Source of the DNA: Spirochaetota bacterium
Lineage (GTDB): Bacteria > Spirochaetota > UBA4802 > UB4802
Length of the DNA stretch: 64,000 nucleotides
NCBI GenBank assembly: GCA_029907515.1
Contig: JARYLT010000002.1
Location: 14,343 to 78,342 of the forward strand
Reading direction: 5' to 3'
Both the position numbers and the translations under genes were made by a program. The notes below the pieces were generated by a model. The model searched no databases. It saw only the letters and a program-made list of their open reading frames with translations, and was not told the DNA's origin. Of this stretch, positions 51,484 through 63,722 are shown in pieces. Each line of letters begins with the position of its first letter. Positions within the stretch are counted from its first letter, which is position 1.

Positions 51484-52074
51484 ATGAGGATTGGCGTTAC
51501 AGGCATTTATGCATCTGGCAAGGGAACAGTATGTTCCATGTTTGAACAGTTAGGGGCGATAGTAATTGATACCGACATCATTGCCCGTGAAATAGTTAAC
51601 CCGCCAAGCCCAGTGCTTGATACACTGGTGCATACATTTGGGCATGATATACTCAATACAGATGGAACACTGAACAGAAGATATTTAGCGCAAAAAGTAT
51701 TCAATGATAAAATGCTTGTTGAGAAGCTTAATTCCATAACCCATCCAGCAATATTGCAGGAAGTTATGCAAAGATCCCATGATAGTAGCAAAATCTATAT
51801 GATTAATACTCCACTGCTTTTTGAAACAGAATATTATAAACATATGGATAAAAATATTGTGGTTGTTGCCAATACAGATCAGGTGCTCAAGCGTGGAGTA
51901 ATCCGTGATGGTATCACTGAAGATGAAATCAAAGCACGATTAAATCATCAAATTTCACTTAAAGAAAAGATGAAACTGGCCGATTATATCATAGATAATT
52001 CTGGATCATTAGAAAATACTAAAAAGCAGGTTGAAGAATTATGGAAAACTTTGATTTTAATGAAAGGCCAGTAG
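51484..52074 (+). CDS. coaE: Dephospho-CoA kinase
   Basis: IGVTGIYASGKGT, LNR..LA, ITHP, PLLFE, ADYIIDN. Confidence 0.95.
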   Translation: MRIGVTGIYASGKGTVCSMFEQLGAIVIDTDIIAREIVNPPSPVLDTLVHTFGHDILNTDGTLNRRYLAQKVFNDKMLVEKLNSITHPAILQEVMQRSHDSSKIYMINTPLLFETEYYKHMDKNIVVVANTDQVLKRGVIRDGITEDEIKARLNHQISLKEKMKLADYIIDNSGSLENTKKQVEELWKTLILMKGQ

Positions 52075-52811
52075 CCAGGGAAAAAAATGTTTTTCTCCTT
52101 CATCTTGATGTTCCCCGCATTATTCTGATCAGTGCTGTACTTATTGGCATAATAGTTACTACATTTCTTTTAGGAATGAATTTCAGTGAAAATAAGGTTG
52201 TTTCCCATAATACATTAGTTCCTCCTGAAATTCCAGGGGACACGATAGCACAGCTTGATAAAGGTATTGATTTGGGCAACCAAGTGCAAAATACTGATCT
52301 GCCATTAATGGACAATGCCAGTAATAAACTTGATATAGCCCCTAAACCCGATGAACCATCAAAACTGGATATTATTCCCAAAAAAGATATGTCGGACACT
52401 TCTATAGCAAAACTGGACGATACTGAAACCACCCAGGTTATCCATGAAAACGTGAAAAAAGTAACACCAGTTAAAAATATATCAAAAAAGAATACCAAAG
52501 CCAAAAGCAATGTCAAAAAGAATAAAGTTGTTGAAGTAGCAAAAACTGATGAATCTCATACCAAGAAAGTATCCCAGCGATCATGGTCAATACAGATAGC
52601 ATCGTATAATACTCTTTCCAAAGCCCAGAAAGAAGTAAAGAGTTTACAGACAATGAAATACGATGCATATGTTGATAAAGCAGATGTCTCTGGTAAAACA
52701 TACTATCGCGTTAAAATAGGACCTATTCTGAAAGAAGATAAAGCTATAAGTATGCTGCAGGAAATTCAGTCAATTGATAAGTACAAAGAAAGTTACATTG
52801 TAAAAGAATAA
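52041..52811 (+). CDS. SPOR-domain membrane protein
   Basis: Single TM, low-complexity linker, C-terminal WSIQIAS...YYRVKIGP. Confidence 0.88.
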   Translation: MENFDFNERPVAREKNVFLLHLDVPRIILISAVLIGIIVTTFLLGMNFSENKVVSHNTLVPPEIPGDTIAQLDKGIDLGNQVQNTDLPLMDNASNKLDIAPKPDEPSKLDIIPKKDMSDTSIAKLDDTETTQVIHENVKKVTPVKNISKKNTKAKSNVKKNKVVEVAKTDESHTKKVSQRSWSIQIASYNTLSKAQKEVKSLQTMKYDAYVDKADVSGKTYYRVKIGPILKEDKAISMLQEIQSIDKYKESYIVKE

Positions 52812-52815
52812 TAGC

Positions 52816-52846
52816 AAAAAACCCGCTTGTACATAGCGGGTTTTTT
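52816..52846. terminator. Bidirectional terminator between SPOR gene and gyrA
   Basis: A6-cccgct-loop-agcggg-T6. Confidence 0.85.
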
Positions 52847-52875
52847 ATACTATGTTTTGTTTTTACTTATTTTTT

Positions 52876-55320
52876 TTATTCCTTTTCTTCATAGAGAACC
52901 GCAAAATCAGTTACTTCATCATCCTTATCCAGTTGCAATAAAAGAACACCTGCTGCAGTTCTTCCCTGATATGATATTTCTTTTGCTTTTAATCGTATGG
53001 TCATCCCTTTTTTAGATGCAATGATAACCTCATCTTCAGGATGCACTGACCGTACACCAACCGCATACCCATTCTTTTCACTTATCTTCAGGTATGCCAT
53101 TCCTTTCCCGCCTCTACCTTTTGTGGCAAAATGTGAATACTGTGTCTTCTTACCATACCCTCGAGAGGTTACCACACAAAGGTCTGATCCTGGTTTAACA
53201 ACATCCATGGCAATAATCTGGTCACCTGGTGCAACACGCATACCAATAATACCCGAGGAATTCCTGCCCATTGCCCGCATCTTTGCAATATTTGTTCTCA
53301 GCAGAAGGCCATTTCTGGTTGCTATCACCACATCATCCTGCGATTTAACCACCTTAACATCAACAAGCTCATCATCCTTATGCAGATTAATAGCAATGAT
53401 ACCGCCTTTTTTCACATTGCTGAATTCTTCCAGTGCCGTCTTTTTCATAACACCATTGCGAGTGACCATACATAAGAAGTTTTCACTGAAATCATTTACG
53501 GAACAAATTGCAGTTATCATTTCTCCCGAAGCAAGGTTTATAATGCCTTTTAATGACTTACCCCGTGTATTTTTTGAAGCTACCGGTATCTCGTAAACCT
53601 TCATGCCAAAGATTTTACCTTTGTTAGATAGCAATAACAATGTATCATGTGTTGAGGCGATAGTCATCATGGTAATAAAATCTTCTTTTTTAGAAGAAAG
53701 ACCAATCACACCTTTACCGCCACGACGTTGCTTTTTAAATGTATCTGCCGATAGTCGCCGTATAAAGCCGTCATTGGTGATGGTGATGACCATATCCTCT
53801 TCAGCAATAAGGTCTTCTGCATCAAAGCTTACTGAGGTATCTTCGTAGATAATCTCAGTTCTTCTTGTATCATGGTATTTCTCTTTGATGGCAATAAGTT
53901 CATCTTTAATTATTGCAAAAATTCTTTTTTCGCTTTTTAATATAGCTGTCAGCTCATCAATCAATTTTAATAATTCTCTAAGTTCATCAATGACCTTTTT
54001 TACTTCCAGGCTTGTCAATCGCTGCAACCGCATGTCAAGAATTGCCTTTGATTGAATTTCTGATAGCTTGAACCGTTTGATGAGACGTTCATTTGCTTCT
54101 TCAACGGTTTTTGACCCTCTGATTATTGCAATGACTTCATCAATGTTATCAAGTGCTATCTTCAATCCTTCAAGTATATGGGCTCTTTCTTTTGCTCTGG
54201 CTAATTCATACTGTGTACGGCGGGTAACAACAGTTTTCCGGTGGCTGATGTAATGAGTTATCAATCCTTTTAAATCCAGAAGTTTTGGCTGATTGTTTAC
54301 CAGCGCCAGAAGATTAATGCCAAATGATGTCTGAAGTTGTGTATGTTTATACAGCTGATTGATAATAATATTGGTAACGGCGTCCTTTCTGCAGCCAATA
54401 ACAATTCTCAAACCATTACGGTCTGATTCATCACGCAGCTCATTAATGCCTTCAATAACTTTATTGTTAACAAGCTCAGCAATTTTTGCAATCAATGCAG
54501 CTTTGTTTACCTGATACGGCAATTCAGTTACCACTATTATTGATTTGTTTTTCTGTTCCTCAACATGAAGCCTGGCTCTGACCACAATACTTCCTTTGCC
54601 TTTGGCATATGCTTTTATCATCTCTTCTGAAGCAACAATAATACCACCTGTTGGGAAATCAGGGCCTTTTACAAATTTCATCAATTGCTTAACGGTAGCA
54701 TCAGTGTTATCAATCATGAATACAATAGCATCAATAACTTCTGATAAATTATGGGGTGGGATGTTTGTGGCCATCCCAACAGCTATACCTGAGGAACCAT
54801 TTACCAGAAGGTTTGGAAACGCAGCCGGCAATACTACCGGTTCCTTGCGTGTTTCATCAAAGTTTGAGATAAAATCTACAGTATCTTTATCAATATCTTT
54901 AAGCAGTTCCTGTGCAATGGGAGATAGTCGTGCCTCAGTATAACGGTATGCAGCAGGTGGATCACCATCAATTGAACCAAAGTTACCCTGTCCATCAATT
55001 AAAGGTAAACGCATAGAAAAATCCTGTGCCATTCTGACCAGGGTATCATACACAGCCGCATCACCATGGGGGTGATAGTTACCAATTACTTCACCAACTA
55101 TCTTGGCTGACTTAACATAAGGCCTGTCACTGCGCCATGCCCGCTCATTCATAGCATGAAGTATTCTACGATGAACAGGCTTCAATCCATCCCTGACATC
55201 AGGAAGTGCTCTTCCTACAATAACGCTCATTGCATAGTCCAGATATGAGCGTTTCATTGATTCTTCAATTTCAATATTATGAACTCGTTTGTCCTTAGGA
55301 TTATCCTGTTTTTTTGTCAC
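52876..55320 (-). CDS. gyrA: DNA gyrase subunit A
   Basis: YHPHGD, RYTE catalytic Tyr, GyrA-box QRRGGKG. Confidence 0.98.
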   Translation of the reverse strand: MTKKQDNPKDKRVHNIEIEESMKRSYLDYAMSVIVGRALPDVRDGLKPVHRRILHAMNERAWRSDRPYVKSAKIVGEVIGNYHPHGDAAVYDTLVRMAQDFSMRLPLIDGQGNFGSIDGDPPAAYRYTEARLSPIAQELLKDIDKDTVDFISNFDETRKEPVVLPAAFPNLLVNGSSGIAVGMATNIPPHNLSEVIDAIVFMIDNTDATVKQLMKFVKGPDFPTGGIIVASEEMIKAYAKGKGSIVVRARLHVEEQKNKSIIVVTELPYQVNKAALIAKIAELVNNKVIEGINELRDESDRNGLRIVIGCRKDAVTNIIINQLYKHTQLQTSFGINLLALVNNQPKLLDLKGLITHYISHRKTVVTRRTQYELARAKERAHILEGLKIALDNIDEVIAIIRGSKTVEEANERLIKRFKLSEIQSKAILDMRLQRLTSLEVKKVIDELRELLKLIDELTAILKSEKRIFAIIKDELIAIKEKYHDTRRTEIIYEDTSVSFDAEDLIAEEDMVITITNDGFIRRLSADTFKKQRRGGKGVIGLSSKKEDFITMMTIASTHDTLLLLSNKGKIFGMKVYEIPVASKNTRGKSLKGIINLASGEMITAICSVNDFSENFLCMVTRNGVMKKTALEEFSNVKKGGIIAINLHKDDELVDVKVVKSQDDVVIATRNGLLLRTNIAKMRAMGRNSSGIIGMRVAPGDQIIAMDVVKPGSDLCVVTSRGYGKKTQYSHFATKGRGGKGMAYLKISEKNGYAVGVRSVHPEDEVIIASKKGMTIRLKAKEISYQGRTAAGVLLLQLDKDDEVTDFAVLYEEKE

Positions 55321-55373
55321 AGTCTGTTACCTTTATTCAAAGAATAAAATTATATAGTGATAGGAAAATATTT

Positions 55374-57485
<2,112 letters not shown>

Positions 57486-57505
<20 letters not shown>

Positions 57506-57845
57506 CGTTTGTTTTCCTGTATGATTTCTTTTTAACAGTACATTTCAGTGAATCAATAGCTGTTGAACCTGAAAATTCAGATAACCTCTTAATAATCAGG
57601 GACTGTGATAACGAAATCTCATTTGCATATATAGGGTGATCCACAACAACATATAACACACGGTTAACCATCCTATAAGGATAGCTGTGAGTTGCAATGA
57701 TATCCCCAACTGCCTTTTGCCATATAGACCGTACATGCTCCAGAATCATATCTTCAGTTAATCCAATCTCCGATGCAACATCTTGTAGTATCTGGCTGCA
57801 TGCAATAATTCGATTATATCTTTTTTCTTTATATCTAAACTTCAT
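57486..57845 (-). CDS. DUF721 / DciA-family helicase-loading protein
   Basis: W..AVG..IA.HS.P...L.V.VD pattern; located after recF. Confidence 0.8.
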
Positions 57846-58942
57846 TATTCTGACACTCTGTTATGAACTACCTGTAAATGTTTATAGTTATCCACAAAAT
57901 TCACATCATTACTACTTGCGCAGGTTATTATAACCTGGTGGTTGCCATCTATAAGTTTTTGCAAAACATTCTTTCTTCTATCATCATCCAGTTCAGACAA
58001 TACATCATCAAGCAGAACGATAGATTTACTTTTTTTAATATCATATATTAAACTAACCTCAGATAATTTCATTGCAATTGAAGCCAATCGCCTCTGGCCC
58101 GTTGATGCATAGGATTTAAACATTGTATTTTCATTTCCATATATTACATATACATCCCTGTGTGGCCCAAGAGTTGTGGTTCCCATTTGTATGTCAATAT
58201 TTCTTTTTTTGCTTAGTTCGTTTTTCACATCTGTTACATTTTCATTATGCAGTGAAGCATAATATTTAATAGTTAAATCATCATTAAATCCCGAAAGTTC
58301 CTTATATAGCGTTTTAAAATATGTATTAAAATGCTCAATATACTGTTTCCGCTTGATTACCAGTGCACTTGCACAATCAGAATACATTGAATCCCAGATG
58401 TCAAGCTGTTTTATTATGTCTCTTTTATACGGTATATCTTTCAGTAATCTATTACGATTTTTTAGAATTTTTCTGAATGATGTAAGTAACTCAATATATT
58501 CCTTATCTACCTTTGAAATCAGCCTGTCAAAATATCTTCTAATAACATCAGGTGTCCCACTTATTATTACAGTATCATCAGGGAAAAAAGCTACTACATT
58601 AATTTTACCATAAAAATCAGATAATTTCTTTATTTCTTTGCCATCTATTTTTACTTTTTTTCCAGATTGTTGATCACTAACTGATGTTCCTATTTCGATT
58701 GTTGAAATATCAGCATTTTTCACCTGTACTGATATATAGTATTCATGTTTTCCCCACTGAATGATATCTTTATCGGTGCAATTTCTGAATGATTTTATAT
58801 GAGAGGCTATATAGATCGCTTCAAGTATATTTGTTTTACCAGAACCATTTGCTCCAGAAATAACATTAATTTCCGGTGAAAAACTGATAGTCTCGTGAAC
58901 ATAATTGCGAAACGTCTTCAGCAACAATCTATCTATAAACAT
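57845..58942 (-). CDS. recF: DNA replication/repair protein RecF
   Basis: FRNY, GANGSGKTN, GPHRD, STGQ, LLDDVLSELD. Confidence 0.97.
   Translation of the reverse strand: MFIDRLLLKTFRNYVHETISFSPEINVISGANGSGKTNILEAIYIASHIKSFRNCTDKDIIQWGKHEYYISVQVKNADISTIEIGTSVSDQQSGKKVKIDGKEIKKLSDFYGKINVVAFFPDDTVIISGTPDVIRRYFDRLISKVDKEYIELLTSFRKILKNRNRLLKDIPYKRDIIKQLDIWDSMYSDCASALVIKRKQYIEHFNTYFKTLYKELSGFNDDLTIKYYASLHNENVTDVKNELSKKRNIDIQMGTTTLGPHRDVYVIYGNENTMFKSYASTGQRRLASIAMKLSEVSLIYDIKKSKSIVLLDDVLSELDDDRRKNVLQKLIDGNHQVIITCASSNDVNFVDNYKHLQVVHNRVSE
57888..57896 (+). promoter_or_regulatory. Perfect DnaA box in the recF 3' end
   Basis: TTATCCACA. Confidence 0.4.
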
Positions 58943-58957
58943 TATTTTTTATTTACG

Positions 58958-60079
58958 TTACATTGAGCGTATCTGAATTGGCATTATAACAGACTGGAAT
59001 TTAATATCATCTTCCGGATATATTAGTAATGGACTCATTACACCTGTAACACAAATAACAACTGAAAACGAATTAATCTCTTTTAATAAATCCAGTAAAA
59101 ATTGCACATTAATCCCTATTGTTATTGGTTCTTTACAATCTGAATCAATTGCCAGTTCCTCCTGTCCTTCACCCTGATCAGGATAGCTTGCTTCTATAAG
59201 CAAGGTATTCTGTGAAAATTTTAACAATATTCTCCATGAAGGTTCATTGGTAAAATTTTTTAATCTGTTCAACGCTTCCTTTAATTTTTTAACTTCAATA
59301 ACTGCCTTTAATAAATAATCTTTAGGTATAACCTGTTTGTAATCAGGAAACTGCCCATCAATAAGGCGTGAAACTATCTCTGTTCTCCCTATTTTTATAA
59401 AACATCTGCTATCATCAAAAGCTATAAGGCAAGTACCTTTATCTTCTAAAAGCCGCAAAAGCTCATTAACTGTTTTAAGGGGTAAAATAAAACCATTTTT
59501 TATGGTAGAACTTCCGGTAATATCTTTCTTTATCATTGATAACCGCCTTGAATCAGTGGCAACAACTGTCATAGATTTTTCATCTTCTGATACTATATAC
59601 ACACCATTAAATATTGGTTTTACGGTATCATGTGCAGCAGCATGAACAGTTTTGCTTATCATTTCACTGAAAGTCTTTTGCTCTATTTCTATCGCATTCA
59701 TAAAATTAAAATCAGGTATTGCAGGGTATTCTTCAGCAGAAGATCCTACCAGCACATACTGTCCTTTTACTAGACCCGATTTTGATGAAATAGATACATT
59801 GGTATTATTAACATCAAGTATTACTACACCATCTGGAAACTCTTTTAATAGGCTCACTAAACGCTTCCCGCTAATAGTAAAGGAACAATTGCCATCTGAA
59901 ACAATATCCAGCTGTGTTTTAATTCCTATCTCGTTGTCAGTCCCGGTTATGGTAAGCGTATCACCATCTACATTAAAAAGACACTGTGTAAGTATTGTAT
60001 TAATACTTTTTGCACTCACAACAGAATCTGCTATTATTGTTGCCTTGACTAACTGTACTTTATCAACTTCAATTCTCAT
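58958..60079 (-). CDS. dnaN: DNA polymerase III beta clamp
   Basis: ATDSRRL, RLIDGQFPDY, IMPI; between dnaA and recF. Confidence 0.97.
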   Translation of the reverse strand: MRIEVDKVQLVKATIIADSVVSAKSINTILTQCLFNVDGDTLTITGTDNEIGIKTQLDIVSDGNCSFTISGKRLVSLLKEFPDGVVILDVNNTNVSISSKSGLVKGQYVLVGSSAEEYPAIPDFNFMNAIEIEQKTFSEMISKTVHAAAHDTVKPIFNGVYIVSEDEKSMTVVATDSRRLSMIKKDITGSSTIKNGFILPLKTVNELLRLLEDKGTCLIAFDDSRCFIKIGRTEIVSRLIDGQFPDYKQVIPKDYLLKAVIEVKKLKEALNRLKNFTNEPSWRILLKFSQNTLLIEASYPDQGEGQEELAIDSDCKEPITIGINVQFLLDLLKEINSFSVVICVTGVMSPLLIYPEDDIKFQSVIMPIQIRSM

Positions 60080-60093
60080 TGTGCACACCACCA

Positions 60094-60336
60094 TTACTAT
60101 TATTACTAATTTATTATAAACTTATTAAGATAAGTGTTAGTAGTAGTTATATAATTTTTGTGAATAAATATACAAAAGGCTGAAATCTTCAGCGTTTTTA
60201 GAAAATGCATTTTGTGAATAATAACAAACGTTTTCATAAAGTATTATAAAAATTTAAACCCTGTAAATGATTTACTCTACATTTTGTTGAAAGATGCAAC
60301 ATTATCAATAATTCTTAACAATTTTTTAACAGGTTA
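60094..60336. other. oriC: oriC, dnaA-dnaN part: DnaA boxes, DnaA-trio-like repeats, AT-rich unwinding region
   Basis: TGTGAATAA at 60159-60167 and 60213-60221; TAGTAGTAG at 60138-60146; AT-rich tract. Confidence 0.75.
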
Positions 60337-61680
60337 TTAACTTCGTAATTCTGATATTAATTCATCGATAACTTCTTTAAAATCGATATCTTCCTCGATT
60401 GATTTTTCAATATTATTGATTGCATTAAGTACTGTAGAATGATCCCTATCACCAAATTCTTTTCCAATCTCAATTGTTGTTAATTCGGTTAATCTTCGTG
60501 CTAAATACATGGCAATAAAACGTGGCTGAACTACTTTACTCTGCCTATTTTTTGAAATAATATCATCAACACTGATACCAAATTTTGAAGCAACTTTTAC
60601 CATAATATCCTGAACAGTTATCTTTTTGTTGCTGTCAACGTCAAAGAGGTCCTTGCAATGGTCTTTTGCTAATTGCACAGTAATGGGTTGATTGTAGATA
60701 GAGGAAACCATGCTTAATCTGACCAATGCAGCTTCAAGTGCACGAATACTTGATTTTATTCTGCGGGCTATGTAATTACATACTTCGTCTGACAATTCAA
60801 TTTTAATTTTCTCTGCTTTATTTCGTAATATAGCTTCCCTTGTTTCAAGATTGGGTAGCTGTATATCTACGATCATACCCCATTCAAATCGTGTTCGAAG
60901 TCTTTCTTCAAGTGTTGAAAGCTCTTTTGGTGGCCTATCACTGGAAATAACTATCTGCTTTTTGCTGTTATGTAATGTATTGAATGTGTGGAAAAATTCT
61001 TCCTGTGTTTGCTCTTTTTTTTCAATAAACTGAATATCATCTATCAACAAAATATCAACATTACGGTACTTAATCTTAAAACTTGAAAGCGTGTTTGCTC
61101 TTATAGCCTGAATAAATTCATTTATAAACTGTTCACAGGGTACATACAGTACATTAAGGTATGGTCGCTCCTGAATGATTCTGTGCCCTATTGCCTGCAT
61201 TAGATGTGTTTTTCCCAGTCCAGTGCCGCCATAAATGAACAATGGATTGTATTGCGTGGCGGGTGCCTTTGAAACGGAGATAGCTGCGGCATGTGCCAAT
61301 TGATTATTAGGGCCAATAACAAAGTTTTCAAATGTATAATTTGGGTTTAATATAGTGGGAAATTGTAATGTCTCTTTTTTCTCATCGTTGGTAACGGGCA
61401 AAGGATCATTCATAACTGGCTCTTTAAAGCCATTGCCTGTAACAAACTCACATACTATCTCTTTACCTGTATGTTCTTTGATGATTGAATGAATCAAAGA
61501 GGCATAATGATCAGAAATATGTCGTTTTGCGACATCGTCAGGCACTTTAACAACAAGAATATTTTCATTAAAGGCCACTGGTTCTGTATTTTTAAACCAC
61601 ATATTAAATGATTGCTTATTAATATATGTTTCTACAGAACCCAAAACCTTGTTCCAGATTGTTACTGTTGAATCTGTCAT
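60337..61680 (-). CDS. dnaA: Chromosomal replication initiator DnaA
   Basis: YNPLFIYGGTGLGKTHL, LIDDIQF, RDHSTV; start placed at MTDST. Confidence 0.98.
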   Translation of the reverse strand: MTDSTVTIWNKVLGSVETYINKQSFNMWFKNTEPVAFNENILVVKVPDDVAKRHISDHYASLIHSIIKEHTGKEIVCEFVTGNGFKEPVMNDPLPVTNDEKKETLQFPTILNPNYTFENFVIGPNNQLAHAAAISVSKAPATQYNPLFIYGGTGLGKTHLMQAIGHRIIQERPYLNVLYVPCEQFINEFIQAIRANTLSSFKIKYRNVDILLIDDIQFIEKKEQTQEEFFHTFNTLHNSKKQIVISSDRPPKELSTLEERLRTRFEWGMIVDIQLPNLETREAILRNKAEKIKIELSDEVCNYIARRIKSSIRALEAALVRLSMVSSIYNQPITVQLAKDHCKDLFDVDSNKKITVQDIMVKVASKFGISVDDIISKNRQSKVVQPRFIAMYLARRLTELTTIEIGKEFGDRDHSTVLNAINNIEKSIEEDIDFKEVIDELISELRS

Positions 61681-61697
61681 AATAATAACCCATTTAG

Positions 61698-61934
61698 TTA
61701 TCAACAATTGTTAATAACTTTGTTGATATCGTAATATACGTTTAGCATGTGGTAAAAAGGTTAGATGCTACAGACTATTAGCGATGATGATTATTTTGAA
61801 TTGTCTCTATAAAAGCATTATGACTTTTTTTTGCAACCAATTAATCTATAAAAATTATCGCATACACAAAAATTTTTATCATTATGGATAATGTGAGAAT
61901 AAATACTAAAAATCTGTGTATAATGTGTGGATAA
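61698..61934. promoter_or_regulatory. DnaA-box cluster upstream of dnaA (autoregulation and/or second oriC half)
   Basis: TGTGGATAA 61926-61934, TGTGTATAA 61915-61923, TATGGATAA 61883-61891, TGAGAATAA 61894-61902, TTATCAACA 61698-61706. Confidence 0.75.
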
Positions 61935-62006
61935 ATACCAATATATAGTTGAAAATTATGAATTAATGTGTATTATATGTTAATAAAACAGTGGTAGAGG
62001 AAAACA

Positions 62007-62264
62007 ATGGGTGTAATCATTAAAGACATAAAAAAAAATAACAATGAGATTATACGAGTGGAAATTTCGGAATATCAGGGAAAGGAACTCATAAATCTTA
62101 GAATATGGTATCAGACAATTGATAATGGTGAGGTTGTCTATAAACCCACACAAAAAGGTGTTGCACTTTCTGTTGATAAATTCAGTGAGTTACAGGAAGC
62201 AATAACAAAGATTGCAGAATATCTGCATGATAAAAAGCACGGTACTACACCTCACAATGTATAG
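62007..62264 (+). CDS. PC4/YdbC-family ssDNA-binding protein
   Basis: IRVEISEYQGKELINLRIWY....KPTQKGVAL matches the PC4 fold signature; GAGG RBS. Confidence 0.88.
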   Translation: MGVIIKDIKKNNNEIIRVEISEYQGKELINLRIWYQTIDNGEVVYKPTQKGVALSVDKFSELQEAITKIAEYLHDKKHGTTPHNV

Positions 62265-63705
62265 TTCCATTACTGTGTAATTTGATAAGGGATTGTATTA
62301 CCAATTGACGGGCTTTTTTTATCTGCATTTCATCATGAACTATATTTGGATTAAGCACACCATCATAGACATCCAGGATACAGTATTGTGCCCCTTGTGG
62401 AAACTTCTGTATACAATCATATACAAGCTTTTTGGGTGTTTGTTTCAATGCAGTAGCAATAGTAAACCACCCACAATCAAACAGTATATAATACATCATC
62501 TGAGGATGAATATATTTTTTTAAAAGTTGGTTAAATGGCATTGCGTACAGCTTATTGATATGTGACATGTTTTTTAGGTAAAGCTGGACTATTGTATACT
62601 GTGACAGGATTGTGTGGTCATATGTATATTTGTTTTTTAAGTATACAGCTATACTGTTTATTCGCCGTGAAGATAGATACCGGGATAGTTGATTGAAAAG
62701 CTTTTCATTATCATTAAAAGCTGTGGCGATAGTTACATCATCGCAATGTGATAAAATCGTATATAGTAATCCAGATTGTTCTATTTCAGAAAACCAGGTT
62801 TCAAATGTTTTTTTCTGAAATGTTGATACAATAGCAATATGATGAAGAATGTTGGTAATCTGATCAATAAAATTCCCAAATACAAAAAATGGTTTTGTTC
62901 TTAATTTTAAATAAAGAATTTCTTCAAAGGCATATATTCCTTCAATCATGTCTCGTGCTGTTATATGATGTATAGTTTTCCCAACATGAAGAATATCTGA
63001 TATCAGGTTACTTGAAATATTGTATTTAATTTTTAATGCATGCTGTGGAAATGCCCGTGTTAGCAAATACAGATGGTAAGGAGTGAGTATCTTTTCATTC
63101 AATAAAAAGTATATCAATTTTTGGAATTCATTATTTTCCATAGTTTCAAGGATTATTGGCAAAGAGGGGAACAGGTTGTAGGGGTCATTGAAAAATTGTA
63201 AAAATTGTGCCTCAATATCATTCAATGAATTGTATGGTGTATAATTGCTAACTTTTACTCTAAATATTGTGAATAATTCTAGAGGCATATATATGGTAAA
63301 ATAATCATCGACCAGGTGTGGAGTTTTACAGCGAATATATGCACTAAAAAAAATATGTACACTATCATATAGTGTATGTTCAAGTGGTTCATTAAAAGCA
63401 AAGGTAGCCTGTAAGTTGTTTTTTGATAATAAACTTAAACGCAATGCAATACTGGAAATGTTTTGTTGAATATAATCTTTTATAACTTTGAAGATATCTT
63501 CAGAATCGGTTGTAATGATTACTGGATACTGTTTTGAGGATTGTTTCGTTAATAGTATTTCTGCATAGTATTTCTTTACAATTCTTTTTCCAGCCTGCCA
63601 TGGTGATAATGCTATCCCTTCGCACACGCCTTCTCTTGAAACAAAATGATCAAGACCATACAATAAACTGTAAAAAAGCAGGTGTGATGCGGTATTATAA
63701 AACAT
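62245..63705 (-). CDS. Hypothetical protein with tandem FliG C-terminal-like repeats
   Basis: C-terminus TIATALK...IKKARQLVIQSLIKLHSNGTI aligns by eye to FliG_C; similar units occur upstream. Confidence 0.6.
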   Translation of the reverse strand: MFYNTASHLLFYSLLYGLDHFVSREGVCEGIALSPWQAGKRIVKKYYAEILLTKQSSKQYPVIITTDSEDIFKVIKDYIQQNISSIALRLSLLSKNNLQATFAFNEPLEHTLYDSVHIFFSAYIRCKTPHLVDDYFTIYMPLELFTIFRVKVSNYTPYNSLNDIEAQFLQFFNDPYNLFPSLPIILETMENNEFQKLIYFLLNEKILTPYHLYLLTRAFPQHALKIKYNISSNLISDILHVGKTIHHITARDMIEGIYAFEEILYLKLRTKPFFVFGNFIDQITNILHHIAIVSTFQKKTFETWFSEIEQSGLLYTILSHCDDVTIATAFNDNEKLFNQLSRYLSSRRINSIAVYLKNKYTYDHTILSQYTIVQLYLKNMSHINKLYAMPFNQLLKKYIHPQMMYYILFDCGWFTIATALKQTPKKLVYDCIQKFPQGAQYCILDVYDGVLNPNIVHDEMQIKKARQLVIQSLIKLHSNGTIHCEV

Positions 63706-63722
63706 TGCTGTAATAGTTAAAA

